Source: Parasitella parasitica NRRL 2501 (taxonomy: Eukaryota; Fungi; Mucoromycota). Taken from it: a stretch of DNA of 64,000 nt. Positions 14,536-27,184 of the stretch are shown in pieces; within the stretch, counting starts at the first letter, position 1; the number at the start of each line of letters is the position of its first letter. The notes under the pieces were generated by a model. The model did no database searches. It was not told where the DNA came from and saw only the letters and a program-made list of their open reading frames with translations. A program made the position numbers and the translations under genes. The stretch is from assembly GCA_025201805.1 (NCBI GenBank), contig MU619240.1:56723-120722 (forward strand), read 5' to 3'.

Positions 14536-16570
14536 ATGCCGCCTTCTTTGGCTTCAGAAAATTCGCCGCTTTTAAATCAGGTAAACAAGCAAAAAAATTA
14601 CAATGGCAACATTGTGATAGAAGATGATGCGGATGGAAATATCTCTGTGGTGAGCACTCTGCCCAAATCAATGGACGAGCATGATGATCTGTTGGAGAAA
14701 AGACTGAACGGCTCGTCATTGATGGTGGTATTGGTTGGGTAAGTTCAAGAGTGCTAGTCGTTTGGGACTCTAATTTGACTCACAATCACTATATAGTCTC
14801 TGGGTTGGTGTTGGCTTGTCCTCGCTTGATGCGTCTATAGTGGCAACCATCTATCCTCAAATCGGCACTGAATTTAAAAGGTAAAACAACAAACAAATAT
14901 TGCAGCGTAATGCTAAAAAAGCGCGATACGGTAGATCAAACGAGATTGTTTGGATTGCCACTGCTTATATGTTGAGTTACACTGCACTTCAACCTTTATG
15001 TATGTATTAGAGCACGCTTCTGAGCATTAGATGGCAATGTGCTCAAATTTACCAAACTTATAGATGGTCGTATTTCGGATGCATTTGGCAGGAAAAATTC
15101 GCTGCTCTTTGCAACCATTGTGTTTTTCATCGGATCAGGTTTATGTGGTGCATCCACAAGTTTGTGGGCTTTGGTCATTTCTAGAGCCATTGCGGGCATT
15201 GGTGGTGGCGGAATGAATACGTTATCTGCTATTATCTGCAGTGATTTAGTATCTCTGCGTGAGAGAGGTACATATCAGGGATACGCCAATATTGCTTATG
15301 GTGTAAGTGTGGACCTATATGTAAAAATGTAGGCTTTGATTGACATGGTTGTCTAGCTTGGATCTGTCGTTGGCGCACCATTGGGTGGTCTCATTACTGA
15401 TAGCATCGGCTGGCGCTATTGTTTCTACATTAATCTACCTTTGCTGCTGATTTCCCTTTATGTTGCAGTGTACTTGCTTACAAACTACAATCTGAAGGAG
15501 CAATCAGATGAATCAACTGCCTTGGAAAGATTCAAAAAGATTGATTATTTGGGTGCATTCGCCATTGTTTCCGCTATTATCTGCTTCTTGCTGGCTACAT
15601 CTATGGGAGGCAATTCTCGTCCATGGAGTGATCCCTTGGTCTACGGGCTTCTGATTTTATCTGTAGCTCTGGGCTTTTTTTTCTGTTACGTAGAGGCAAA
15701 TATTGCAGCAAACCCACTCATGCCGTGGCACATTATATCAGCTCGTACACCACTTGCGTGTTCAATGGCAAATTTCTTCGGTGTTATGGGTTCCTTTGCT
15801 ATGACATACACCACCCCTCTATTCTTTCAAGGTGTTTTAGGCTATTCCTCATCCCAAGCTGGCCTTTTCTTTTTGCCAAAGATTATTGCCATGTCCTGTG
15901 GCTCTCTGTCTTCGGGTGTTTGGATGTCTAGAACAGGCGAATATCGTAAATTTATTACCATATCCACGCTGATTGCACTAACTGCAATGATCGGCACCAG
16001 CTTCTGGACTCCCAATACCTCTTTCTCGTTTATCATTTTCTGCCTTTTACTTGATGGCTACTCGTCTGGTGCTATAATAACTACCGCATTGGTAGCTATG
16101 CTTTCATGTGTTGGCAGTGGCGGTAGGTTTTGCTTGGATTCCCGTCTTCTATTACCAGTAGTCTAATCTATATATTTAGAAATGGCAACAATTACTTCGA
16201 TCTCTTACCTATTCCGTTCTACTGGTGGTGTCATTGGTATTTCTGCGACATCTGCCATCTTCCAGGGGCTTGTAAAGAAGATTTTGACTGAAAAAATTAC
16301 TGGCCCTGACGCTGCTGAGGTAAAAGAGCTTTGAAAAAGCATGATATTCAATCACACTAAATCAACACTTGTTTGTAGATTATTGATATTGCCCGCAAAT
16401 CAATGACAGAAGTGCGCACACTTCTCCCTCCTGAGTATCTTGCTATCGTCTTGGATACTTACGAAATTGCAGTCCGTTATTCTTTCTACTTGTGCATTGG
16501 CATTTCAATTATGTGTGTTTCTTCGACTTTGTTTATCCAACAATTCCAACTGCACACAAAGGTTAAATAG
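14536..16570 (+). CDS. MFS drug:H+ antiporter family (DHA2/Vba-like, about 14 TM), multi-exon
   Basis: GRISDAFGRK motif A, RAIAGIGGGG, LRERGTYQG, GWRYCFYINLP, IDYLG; N-terminal ENSPLL dileucine-like signal. Confidence 0.9.
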
Positions 16571-17039
16571 ACTATATATATAACAAGGCAAATATTCTTG
16601 CCGTCTTGGTGGGAAGGAGAAGGCTGAGCCTTTTCTCTTGTTGTATCTATACATATCCCATACAGACAAGCATGTTGCCGTTTTAAAATATTGTGAATTT
16701 TATGTTCATTTCAACTATAAAATCATTCCTTTATATTCAAACAACACCGAAGAATAGCTATTAAATGCGGCATATACACAGAAAATTTCGTCCAGAATAC
16801 ATAATAATACATATTGTCATTTTAATTGAAAAACTCATGTTCATTGTAGTTGGTTTACGCATAAAACCAGCTTTTGAGGCCAAACTCTGAGTATTTTATC
16901 GCCCAACAGATTCAAACTGGTTTGCTTTATTATGAACAGGGTAAATACGAAAATAGATGGTAAATGAGCTCTAGTAAAATAAGCATAAACAGCTATAGAT
17001 ACAACCATAGATCCAAGCTTCAGTATCTCAACCGTCGCT

Positions 17040-17757
17040 CTATTCTGGATATTGCAAGTTTTCCAACATCTCCATAAATAAAGCATTACTTTGCTTAAAT
17101 GTATGCTTATTCCTAACTGGTCTCGATAGATCTTCATTAGTATCCTCCAATAAATAGTCTTCAACACAAAAGATGTCAACTGAAGTGGATGGTGGTCCGA
17201 TAGTGCGAATGCGAACACACTATCAAATACAGTAAGTAACTACGCTCTCATGTACTATATTACTATCATATTACTCTAGGTGCTGTCTGCTTGTCTTGAT
17301 CCAACTTTCTCCTCTTCTTGTTGCTCAACAGCATCTCATTTAACATACATAATTCAGCTTTTTCAATAGTGGGCGATGGAGACGGTGAGCCATCAAATTG
17401 GTTGGGGTCAAACTCTTCAAGGATAAGATCCCACACATGAGTTACAGGTATATTGCGACGAATCTGACAGATAGGTAATGTCTCTTCATTGCTATCAGTG
17501 GTTTTCTTGGCAGGAGACAGGTAATTTAGGATGGAATTCCGGCTTTTATCATGCGAATGTTTCTTGCTGACTGCAACAGTTCTTTTTACAGTGGTGGAGA
17601 TGGCTTTCTGTTTTGGCAATGTTTGGTAGATGGGTTGTGGTGCTTGTGCTGCAAATTTCTGTTTACTGTCCCCTTCTATAAACGCAAGCGTCTTTTCTTT
17701 GCTAACAGAGGTATTATTTGACTTTCTTGCTCTAAAATAGGAATTCAACGTTGACAT
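17040..17757 (-). CDS. Hypothetical basic/low-complexity protein (2 exons)
   Basis: 163-codon ORF plus GT..AG intron near 17274-17220 joining in frame to CVRIRTIG...NLQYPE*; KKRRK NLS-like stretch. Confidence 0.6.
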
Positions 17758-17789
17758 GCTTACAGTTTTGAATTGTAAAAAGAAGAAAG

Positions 17790-17836
<47 letters not shown>
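17790..17836 (+). repeat. Poly(dA) tract, about 47 nt
   Basis: Direct observation; lies between divergently oriented genes. Confidence 0.9.
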
Positions 17837-17837
<1 letters not shown>

Positions 17838-18208
17838 GTTATAAACTGCAATTTATTATTGTTAATGACAAGCGCCGAACATTGTCGCGTCCAGTCAGAG
17901 TGCGTCGAAGAGTATTACAATAGACCCACCAATGCAGACAAAGTAATTCATTAAAAGTCTATGCATGTGAATGATGCGAATCTGGACGGGTCAAGTGCTC
18001 TAACATCCACCAAATTTGCTTTACAAGATAGCCACTGTTTCGAGTGCGATTCATGGCTACAAACGTTGACATTTGTAAGCGTCTATGTTTGTCGGACAGG
18101 AGGAACAGGTACGCTTTAGTTTTCATTGGGTTTCGTTATATCCTTATATAAATCCCAGAATATTGTTTCTTGATGTTTCTTTGTTCTTTTTTAATTCAAG
18201 ACATCAAT

Positions 18209-20940
18209 ATGAATCTGGCAGAAGGTAAATACAATAGTGAGGTTTATATTTAGAACATGACTAATTCCAACAGAAAAGAATATCTTGATTTAAGCATTAT
18301 AAAATCGCTGAAAGCTGAAGGCGAACAAACCAGTGAATGGACTAAACTCGCTGAAAAAGTAGCAAACGTGTTTAGCCAACTAGATTGCCTAACTTCAAGC
18401 TTTTTACAGGTAGAGCATTACGTTTTTTTTTATATATAAGTAATATTATCATTAGTTCTTGTCATAATCGATCCTTGTATTTTCTGTATAGAAAGATAGC
18501 AATATGGCAGAGATGTGTCCAATTGATAAGATGCAGGCGCAAGAAGGGATTTTTGAACTTCTCAAAGTAAGCAATTTGACAGTGCAGACAGAAAAAGATT
18601 ATTATTAAGATCAAATAGTGCCCACCTATATTAAAATCTACTATTGTTCTACGCTCGAAAAGATTGTTGAACACTATAAGTCGAAGCAAAAAGGAAGACA
18701 TTTCAGCCAAACACCTGAATGTCTTCATCATTTTATTCCAAGTAAATGCAATCAAGCGATAGTAAACATAGCTGCTGTATTCAACCGTCTGTCTAATGCC
18801 TAGTGCGACTTTTTACTCGATGATCAGCTCGAAACGAGTGCGTTTCCAGAGATTTGCGAAGCTTTTGTCAACCTCGAAACAGATTTACAGGACAGATTGT
18901 TGCGTTTTCTGATGGAACCAATTGTTTCGAACGATGAAAATACAATGCTTATTGACGTTACCAAAGACAACTACACACAGCAATTCCGAGGCGTTTTGAA
19001 CTTGTTCCAACAGTTTGTGCGTAAAAGACTCTTGTATCGCTCACCCTCTTCAAACTCCAGCAGCAGTGGATTTAGCCCAAATTCAGATCCATCCGTGATT
19101 GATGCCACCAGATGCATTGCAGCCTTATGCAAGTATTACAACCATACAGTAATAGCCCGTATTCTAATTTTACTAGAAATGATAGATCGACTCAACGAAC
19201 TTGAAAAGTATGTCTGTTATACAGAGTTTTACAACGAGGCCGTAAATGACCAGTTAGAAATCAAAGAAGACTTTCCCAATTTTAAGGATAAAAAAGGGTA
19301 ACCTCAACACTGATTTTATTTTGAAAGCACAGTATTCTAATCAAAAGGGTAGCTTTTCCTTTTGTGATTATCCTTTCATGCTGAATCCTGCCGTTAAAGC
19401 AGATGTCCTCAAAGTAGAAAGCGTGTTTCAAATGAGGCATGAATTGCAAGATGCCTTCTTTAGGGCATTATTTCAAGGTAAGCGGAAAGGAATGCGGTAT
19501 GGTGGAAACAGAAATAATTGAGCATGTAATAGGCGTGAATAGCCCTTATCTAGTGTTGGAAATCCGTCGAGACCATATCATATTTGACACTTTATTGCAG
19601 GTAATCGAACGAGAGCGTTCTTGCACAGAAAAGGAGTCGTTAATTTTGCAACTAGTTGGAAGAAAAGTCAATTCATGACCTCAAGAAGCAATTGCGCGTT
19701 CAATTTCTCGGCGAAGAAGGCGTAGACGAAGGTGGTGTTCAAAAGGAATTTTTTCAGCTCATTGTGCGAGAAATATTTGATCCAAAGTATGGCATGTTTA
19801 CGTTTAACGAGGAATCAAGATTATGCTGGTTTAGCCCAAATCCTGTAGTGGATGATATTAACATCCGTGAATACAAGCTTGTTGGTTTATTGCTAGGATT
19901 GGCCGTTTATAACAGTGTTATACTCGACTTGCATTTCCCATTAGCTCTGTATAAGAAAGTCATGAGTGTAGCTGTTGGTTTGTCTGATTTAAAACAGCTG
20001 GATCCGGTAAGATTTACATTTGCTATCAACCAACACGCTGATAACTGTTTTATATCGATAGAGCCTGGGAAAGGGATTGGAAAGGTTGCTATCGTCTGAT
20101 GGAAATATTGAATCAGAGTACGATCGTCTATTCCAGGTAGATGTTCAGTCTTTTGGCCATGTTTTCACTTGTGATTTGAAGCCATCAGGATCTAAAACGC
20201 AACTCAACAACGAAAATCGAGCCGAATTTGTAGAATTGTATACTGATTTTGTCTTGAGTAAATCAGTAGAAAGCCAATTTAATGCGTTTAAAGAGGGATT
20301 CCAGCTAGTTTGCCAAGACAGCGCTATAAAGGTACTATACGTAGTAAGTCACCTCGACCTGCGGGAATCTGACCATGGTTGAATATGTAGATCTTTAGAC
20401 CAGAAGAAGTAGAACAGCTTATTTGCGGCAGTTCAGATCTGGACTTTGATGCTTTAGAGACATCGACTGTGTATGATGGAGGTTGGACAAAAGACTCTGA
20501 TATTATTAAGTAAGTTTGTTTACGGAAAAATGCAAAATTGACGATTCCAACTGCAATTTTCAGATACTTTTGGGAAATTGTGCACTCTTTTTCATACGAA
20601 GAAAAGAAGAAATTGCTATTTTTTGCTACAGGATCAGATAGGGTATGGCTTTTTTTTTTATGTTGATATCTACATTTCAAAACTAATTGCAATACATGTC
20701 TTAGGCGCCCATTGGTGGTTTGAGTAAACTACAGTTTGTCATTGCAAAAAATGGTGGAGATTCTGATAGGTAAATTTGCGAGACATCAATATTTTTATAC
20801 TTTAGCTCACAAATTGTAGACTACCAACATCTCACACATGTTACAATGTACTGCTTTTATGCGAATATAGCAGTAAAGAAAAGCTAAAGGAAAGGTTGCT
20901 AACAAGCATTAGTAACGCCGAAGGATTTGGCATGATTTGA
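18209..20940 (+). CDS. HECT E3 ubiquitin ligase (Hul4/E6AP-like), many exons; true start may lie upstream near 17865
   Basis: [51 protein letters not shown] catalytic Cys, ends AEGFGMI*. Confidence 0.88.
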
Positions 20941-21761
20941 GAATAAAGCAGTTTCACTTGGCCAAAGTAAATATATTTCGCTCCTCAGTATAAGAAATAA
21001 GACGTAAGATGGCATACACCCCCATCAGATTAATTGCCTCTCCAAGTGCTTTACAATATCCAAAAGAAAGCTAATTAGACACCTTATATTGATTGGGTTT
21101 TTCGAAATAGCCTTATCTTCATTGATTTGTTGTAAAGTGAGCATTGTTCACAAAGAAGATGGGTCTCTTGCAGGAACGGAAAAGGCCCAAGTGATAATAC
21201 TTGCTTTATTGACATTGCAAACATTGCCATATTGTGAAAACATAAAAAAAAAAGGCATTGGAAGACTCACTGTCAAAGCTCTGACAGGTTGGATCGACAA
21301 AAACACTACCCGCGATCGTTATATCTGTCTTTACCTTGCTGGAAACGCCAAAAAGAGATCAAAAGATCAAAGTTATTGCGACAAATAGTCTCTACAAATA
21401 ATATCCATGACAAACTTTAAGGCAAGATTTTTATGGTTTTGACCTGATGCTATCTGGCACTCTTTTCTATTATAAAAACATCAAGTTTTTGAACTTGAAG
21501 AAATACACTTCAAATTTGGACAAACAAAAGATGTTTGAACAGTGTTTCTGTTCCGGTAGCGGTTATAGTACTATTTTTCATGCAAAAAAGTAATTAAAAA
21601 TGATATATACTTTTGATAAAATGTTTGTGTTTGAATCAACTGAGCTGATTCATAAAATCCGAGTTGTTATTGTTAAATCATACTGTTTTGAAACGCATAA
21701 ATATCTAAAATCTGGCACTATAGTCTGTTTACGCTTCTTTATATTATCATTTCAAATAAAT

Positions 21762-22391
21762 ATGAGTTTTTATAGTGATACTCAATACAAAAAGGCGCCT
21801 TTTAATGTACAAATTGTAAAGTTTGGCTGCGAAAACTGTGGTCGAAGATGGCAAAGTGCCAATGGCAGTTTGAAGGATTACCAAAAATGCAAGCGTTGTT
21901 TCCAAAAATGCTACCCATCTAGCTACAAAATTATGGCACCAAACAAACGAGGCAATGAAAATCGTGGCAGTTTTCAAGCCCATAACACTGAACTTTGCGG
22001 TCGATGTGATCGCTTGGGATATTCTTGTATGGAATTAGGAAACAATAGCAATGAAGATACGTTGGTTGTAAGTGGGTCAAACAACGAAGAAGTACTTTTG
22101 TTGACAAAAACAAAAGATTTATCTTCTTTTGTGTCAAGAGAAACCCCCAAAACAAGCAAACCCAAGCAAGCAATAACATCCGTTATTTCATCAAAAGCGT
22201 CTGGTCAAAAGCAGGCCGACAAACGGGATGATACCAGAAAAACGGAGGACAGAATTTTTGCATTGGATATCAACGAGAAAATCATGTATGATGTAAACGA
22301 TAATGCTCCGTCGCAGGACTATCACTACTATGATGGCGAAGAACTGATGTTTGGCAAAAGCTTTATCAGTTGCGACAAGAATGATAAATAA
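21762..22391 (+). CDS. Intronless 3CxxC zinc-finger protein (ZCCHC24/RTP/ZAR1-like domain) with disordered tail
   Basis: FGCENCGRRWQSAN..QKCKRC..CYP..HNTELCGRCDRLGYSC matches the FxCxxCxxxWxS..QxCxxC..YP..HxxxLCxxC pattern. Confidence 0.75.
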   Translation: MSFYSDTQYKKAPFNVQIVKFGCENCGRRWQSANGSLKDYQKCKRCFQKCYPSSYKIMAPNKRGNENRGSFQAHNTELCGRCDRLGYSCMELGNNSNEDTLVVSGSNNEEVLLLTKTKDLSSFVSRETPKTSKPKQAITSVISSKASGQKQADKRDDTRKTEDRIFALDINEKIMYDVNDNAPSQDYHYYDGEELMFGKSFISCDKNDK

Positions 22392-22794
22392 TCCTAGTAT
22401 CAAAGCTATATAGTAAATAATTGTATCACATAACGAATAATCCTACTATTCATGATTATAGCAGACTCCATGTAAATATAGTCTCAAAGAATAATTACAG
22501 TATGCTATTATAAATAAATTGACTTGCTAGTTTTAAAAACATACTAAATATTACCGTAAGTATTGTAACATGTTTTAGTATCTTGGTTTTTCCTATCTGT
22601 TCCACTGTAGGTTATCATTATCTGCAGCTTTCAAAATTAATATGTATGTCTGTCTACTGCAAGCATAAATTACGGGTCCGCTTGTTTCGATTTTCTCAAT
22701 TTTTTTTTTTTTTTTTTGCCGGGCAAGATGGACTATTTCAATAATGGGGAAGGCTGTAAAATAAGAAACTTTCCTTTTTCATTGAGTATTAGAA

Positions 22795-23923
22795 ATGGTA
22801 TGTGTGTTCAGAAATTGTCTAGTAGATGGATGTTTGATGGATGATTTAAGATATGGATTGATTGATGGGTAGATGGATAGATGGATATTAATGTCTGTTT
22901 TTCGTTGATTCCACATTTGCATCCATTAAAAATCCAAAAAAAAAAAAATATATTAAGCCGTCAAAAATAACATGAATTCTACATAGCCTTTCGTCAAGCA
23001 ACAAAAGAACAAGGCCTACTTCAAGCGTTACCAAGTCAAGTATCGTAGAAGAAGAGGTAAGCATAAGTTTGACTTTGATTGAAGATTTCACTCAGTTTTG
23101 TTTGATATATTGCTTAGAGGGCAAGACTGACTACTATGCTCGTAAGAGACTTGTTGTTCAAGCCAAGAACAAGTACAACTCTCCCAAGTATAGATTGGTT
23201 GTCCGTTTCACCAACAAGGACATCGTCTGTCAAATCATCTACGCCAAGCTCCAAGGTGATTTCGTCCTCTCTGCTGCCTATGCTCATGAACTTCCCCGTT
23301 ATGGCGTTAAGGGTGGTTTGACCAACTGGGCTTCTGCCTACGCTACTGGTCTTCTCCTTGCCCGTCGTACTCTCGCCAAGCTCGGTCTTGCTGACAAGTA
23401 CGAAGGTTTCGCTGAGCCCGATGGCACTGTTCAACAGATTGAAGCTGCTGACGATGGTGCTCGTCCTTTCAAGGCTTTCCTCGATGTTGGTCTTGCTCGT
23501 ACTTCCACTGGTGCTCGTGTCTTTGGTGCCATGAAGGGAGCTTCCGATGGTGGTATTTTTGTCCCCCACAACGGTAACCGTTTCCCTGGTTTCGACATTG
23601 AAACCAAGACCAACGATGACGAACTCCTTCGTAACTACATTTACGGAGTTCACGTCGCTGAATACATGGAATACCTCGAAGAAGAAGATGAGGAGCGTTA
23701 CAAGAAGCAATTCGCTACTTTCATCAAGGAGGGTATTACCTCAGATAAGGTTGAGGATATGTACTCAGAAGCTCATGAAGCTATTCGTGAGGACCCCGAG
23801 CATAAACCCACTGAAAAGAAGGGCAAGCCTGCCAAGCCTTACCGTAGACATGTTTCCCTTAACAAGAAGCAACGTCTCAACAAGATCAATGAGGCCAAGG
23901 CTGCCTTCAACGCTTCTCAATAA
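22795..23923 (+). CDS. RPL5: 60S ribosomal protein L5 (uL18); exons 22795-22797, 22987-23056, 23119-23923
   Basis: [36 protein letters not shown]; strongly biased codon usage. Confidence 0.97.
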
Positions 23924-24394
23924 ATGTTCTAATGTTGCCTTTCAATATAAAAAAATAAAAATTTATATGTCATTTTTAACATTTTACATCCAAATCAATT
24001 TTCGTTGTGCCTGATCTGAGTTTGTATATTTCTGGATCAAGAAGTAGGGCAATTCAGCACCATGGCAACAAAAAGATTACCAGGTAATCACATATCTTGG
24101 TTACGTTTCATTAGTGTCCTTAACTTTTATGAGGATTGAGGGTAAATGCTTGATGTTTATTGAATATTTCCATTTGTCTTTGGATTTGGAATTCAGAAAT
24201 CAGCAAAAACCTGACACTTGTGCGACTCTTGTCACCTGTCGAAATGACTTTTTCATAAAGCCATGTTTAACAATTATAAAACGCTCTTCTTCTTTTTGAA
24301 AAAACCTCGTGACCTGAAAAAGTTATATAGTAGTGTGTATCATCTTTTTTATCTTTTTTTCTTTCTTCTTCTCTAAACTTATTAAACAATAAAC

Positions 24395-26142
24395 ATGTTA
24401 TCAAACCTTACTCCTCCAGGTCGTTTGGATTTGGATTTGGATTTGAGTCAAAGTACAGTTCCAATTCCTTCAAGACCTCCTTCACCAACACTTTCAACAG
24501 CTTCATTTATGTCTTCCGTATCCTGGATGGCGGAAAAAACATCATCTGAGCTTATTCCAATGTTAAAGAGTGCATACTGTGCCTTAAAAGATAAAGAGAA
24601 AGGTGTGTATCAATATTAAAAAGGAAATAGAGGAGTAGGCGTAAGCAGGGAGAGGGCTCAAGCAATAACTACCACTATTGACTATAGTAGTAGTAGCTTG
24701 CATGTGTAAAAAAAAAATTTCATGTGAAATTTAACTTACCTCATTATTATTACATGCATTAAGATTTAGTACTTGCAGCTGAATTAGGTAAATCATTATT
24801 AGAGCATAACTTGAGATTAAAGTCAAGTTACGACTCATTGTTACAGTCGGGCACACCGCCTATTACGCCATCTTCGTCTACTGCTATTCAAGACGAGCTT
24901 GATTCCGGTGTCAACTCGCCATCACCTGATGAGGATGAACAAGATGAGAGCACAATGCGATTTATTCCCTCAAGAGGAACAAGAGAAGCCATGATGGAAG
25001 TACTGGAGCGCAAAAATATGGAATTGCAAGCTAAACTTGAAGCCGCCATACAAGAGCAAGATAATTCAAGCCGATCAAATTCAAAAAAGACTCGACAGCT
25101 TGAAAATGAAATTAGCATTTTGAAAAGTAATCTTGACATTGCTTCTATTAAAATCCAAGAGTTGCAAGCAATGAATGAACGTCAAAGAAAGATGAAGTTA
25201 TCCAACTCAACCACAACGACCAAGCAGCAAGAAGACGATTGCCTGGTGGATGAACTGTACACTGAAATTGGTAAAATCCAATTTGAAAAGGATCTAGTTT
25301 CCCAATCAAAATCAGAATTAGAATCCAAATTAGCTGCAACCTTGAAAGATCTTGGTGACCTGAAAAAGCAGTTTGAAAAATTTGAATTCACACAACAGGA
25401 CTTTGACAAATTACATGAAGCTTATGAACGCCAATTCAATCATATTGATGAGCTTAACCAAAGTCTCGAAGAACATCGCAATATCTTGCAAAAATTAAAA
25501 GATAAAGGCATCAATATCTATTCAACTCGCTCCACCCCATCTCCAAGCTGCTGCAATGGGGATGACCAAAACCAAAATAAATTTCGAAACACTTTTTTAG
25601 GTGAACTGGAATTAGAATGGATGAAAAATAAGGCAAGTCCAACATCTGCATCAGCAGCCGAAGAAGAAGGAGATTCGTGTATGTTCCAACTGAAGGATTT
25701 TGCTGAATTTACTGACAAGAAGATGTCAACATTTTACAATGTTCCTTCTATTGGATTTGAAAGCGTTTTATCCAAAGCGACCGGTATCGATCAGGATCTT
25801 CTGGACGATGCACTCGACTTTATCAATAAAATAGAGCAAGAACATAATCAAGAAAAATGCGCCAACTTGTACAACATATTCGATGGTATCGATGACTGTG
25901 AATTTGATGTCTTTGACGAGTCTTTTCCATCATCTGATCTGTATCCCAGCCTATCGACTCCAAAAAAAATACAGATCCAGCACTTAGTCAACAAGCCTAA
26001 AACCTTTGTGGGACGCCTTCGAACACACATTGTTAAACTGTTCAATCTCGTCTGGCGATGGTGTAGATTCACCATAATACTCACTACTGCACTCTTGATC
26101 AATGCATGGCAAGGACCTGACGCACTTTTAATTGCAAACTAA
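24395..26142 (+). CDS. Coiled-coil protein with HAP1_N/CC1-box-like motif and C-terminal hydrophobic segment; exons 24395-24602, 24764-26142
   Basis: Spliced KEKDLVLAAELGKSLLEHN, long heptad-rich region, C-terminal WRWCRFTIILTTALLINAWQGP. Confidence 0.75.
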
Positions 26143-26389
26143 AACTGCCCTGGGAAACACTCCTTTTCCTATACTCTATTAACAACATTCCTGTACATCA
26201 ATTAATCACTCCTTTCATTTCTTATTACTATCATTATGATTATTTTTTTAATACTTAGTTGCTCAACTCATACTTATACAGATTATGCTTATGATAGTAT
26301 CATACATATTATTTTATATTCTCTCCCTTGTGTCCCTGATCCACTCTCATTTGAAATATTTACTTCTCTTTATATTAAACAGTATTTTA

Positions 26390-27184
26390 TTAAAAATGAT
26401 TATCAATGGACCAAAATGGCTTTTCAGCCGTTATTCGCATTTTCGTGATCAGTTTCCCGATTATTTTCAGTTTCTTTTTAGGCATTTGTTGTGGTTGATG
26501 ATTGACTAATTTAATTTTATGATCGGGACGAGGGGATGAAACAGCGTAAACAGATAAGTTGGCCTTCTGAGAAGGAAATGCGCTACTGTAGTTGCTAGTA
26601 TGAGGGGTCGCCACGCTCAAAATAGCCGAATCTTCATTTTCCAGTTCATCGATGGGTCTTGCTATGCTTTGCTGTTCCTTGTACAATCGATAGAGATTGT
26701 TGCTTCGATTACAATCCGTCGAGGATGTTGTAATTGTATTGAATTCATTATCTTCATCATCGTCTGTTGTTGTCTCTTGTGCTTCCTCTTGCACTTGTCG
26801 AAGCTTATCTTTTTGGTATTCTGATGAAGATGGCGGCAGAAATGTACTTTTCGGGCCAAATAACTTCGGTAATGATGGCTGTGGAGTAGCTGTACCGTCG
26901 GTGGTAGCTGTGTGTGAAGAGCGTTGATTGTTCATACTGCTGTCAGAATACAATGTTTCTTGTTGCTGCGTTGCGTTTTTTCTTGATTCGGGAGCGCTTG
27001 CCTCCAAGATACTAGATCCATTTTCTTTAATTTCGTAATAATGGGTTGTATTGTAAGAGATATCTTGTATCAATTCCATATAAGATTGGTGCATCCAATC
27101 TATGGGACTAGGTGGTTTCTTGAGCAATTTACTGCTTAACTTTGATGAAATTGTACTTGGAGGGAATTGAATGGAATTATACAT
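26390..27184 (-). CDS. Hypothetical Ser/Thr-rich disordered protein
   Basis: 264-codon ATG-initiated ORF in AT-rich context, preceded by a pyrimidine-rich leader. Confidence 0.6.
   Translation of the reverse strand: MYNSIQFPPSTISSKLSSKLLKKPPSPIDWMHQSYMELIQDISYNTTHYYEIKENGSSILEASAPESRKNATQQQETLYSDSSMNNQRSSHTATTDGTATPQPSLPKLFGPKSTFLPPSSSEYQKDKLRQVQEEAQETTTDDDEDNEFNTITTSSTDCNRSNNLYRLYKEQQSIARPIDELENEDSAILSVATPHTSNYSSAFPSQKANLSVYAVSSPRPDHKIKLVNHQPQQMPKKKLKIIGKLITKMRITAEKPFWSIDNHF

Noticed and set aside
16612-16640. Hairpin AAGGC-TGA-GCCTT after the MFS gene as a Helitron 3' end or terminator
   Set aside because: No CTRR terminus at the expected distance; intrinsic terminators do not apply to fungal Pol II genes
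17790-17836. Poly(A) as a retroelement tail
   Set aside because: Directly upstream of a gene start with no TSD or retro body; better read as a promoter poly(dA:dT) tract, and its length may be an assembly artefact
22798-22986. snoRNA in RPL5 intron 1
   Set aside because: No clear RUGAUGA/CUGA box pair; sequence is low-complexity GATG repeats
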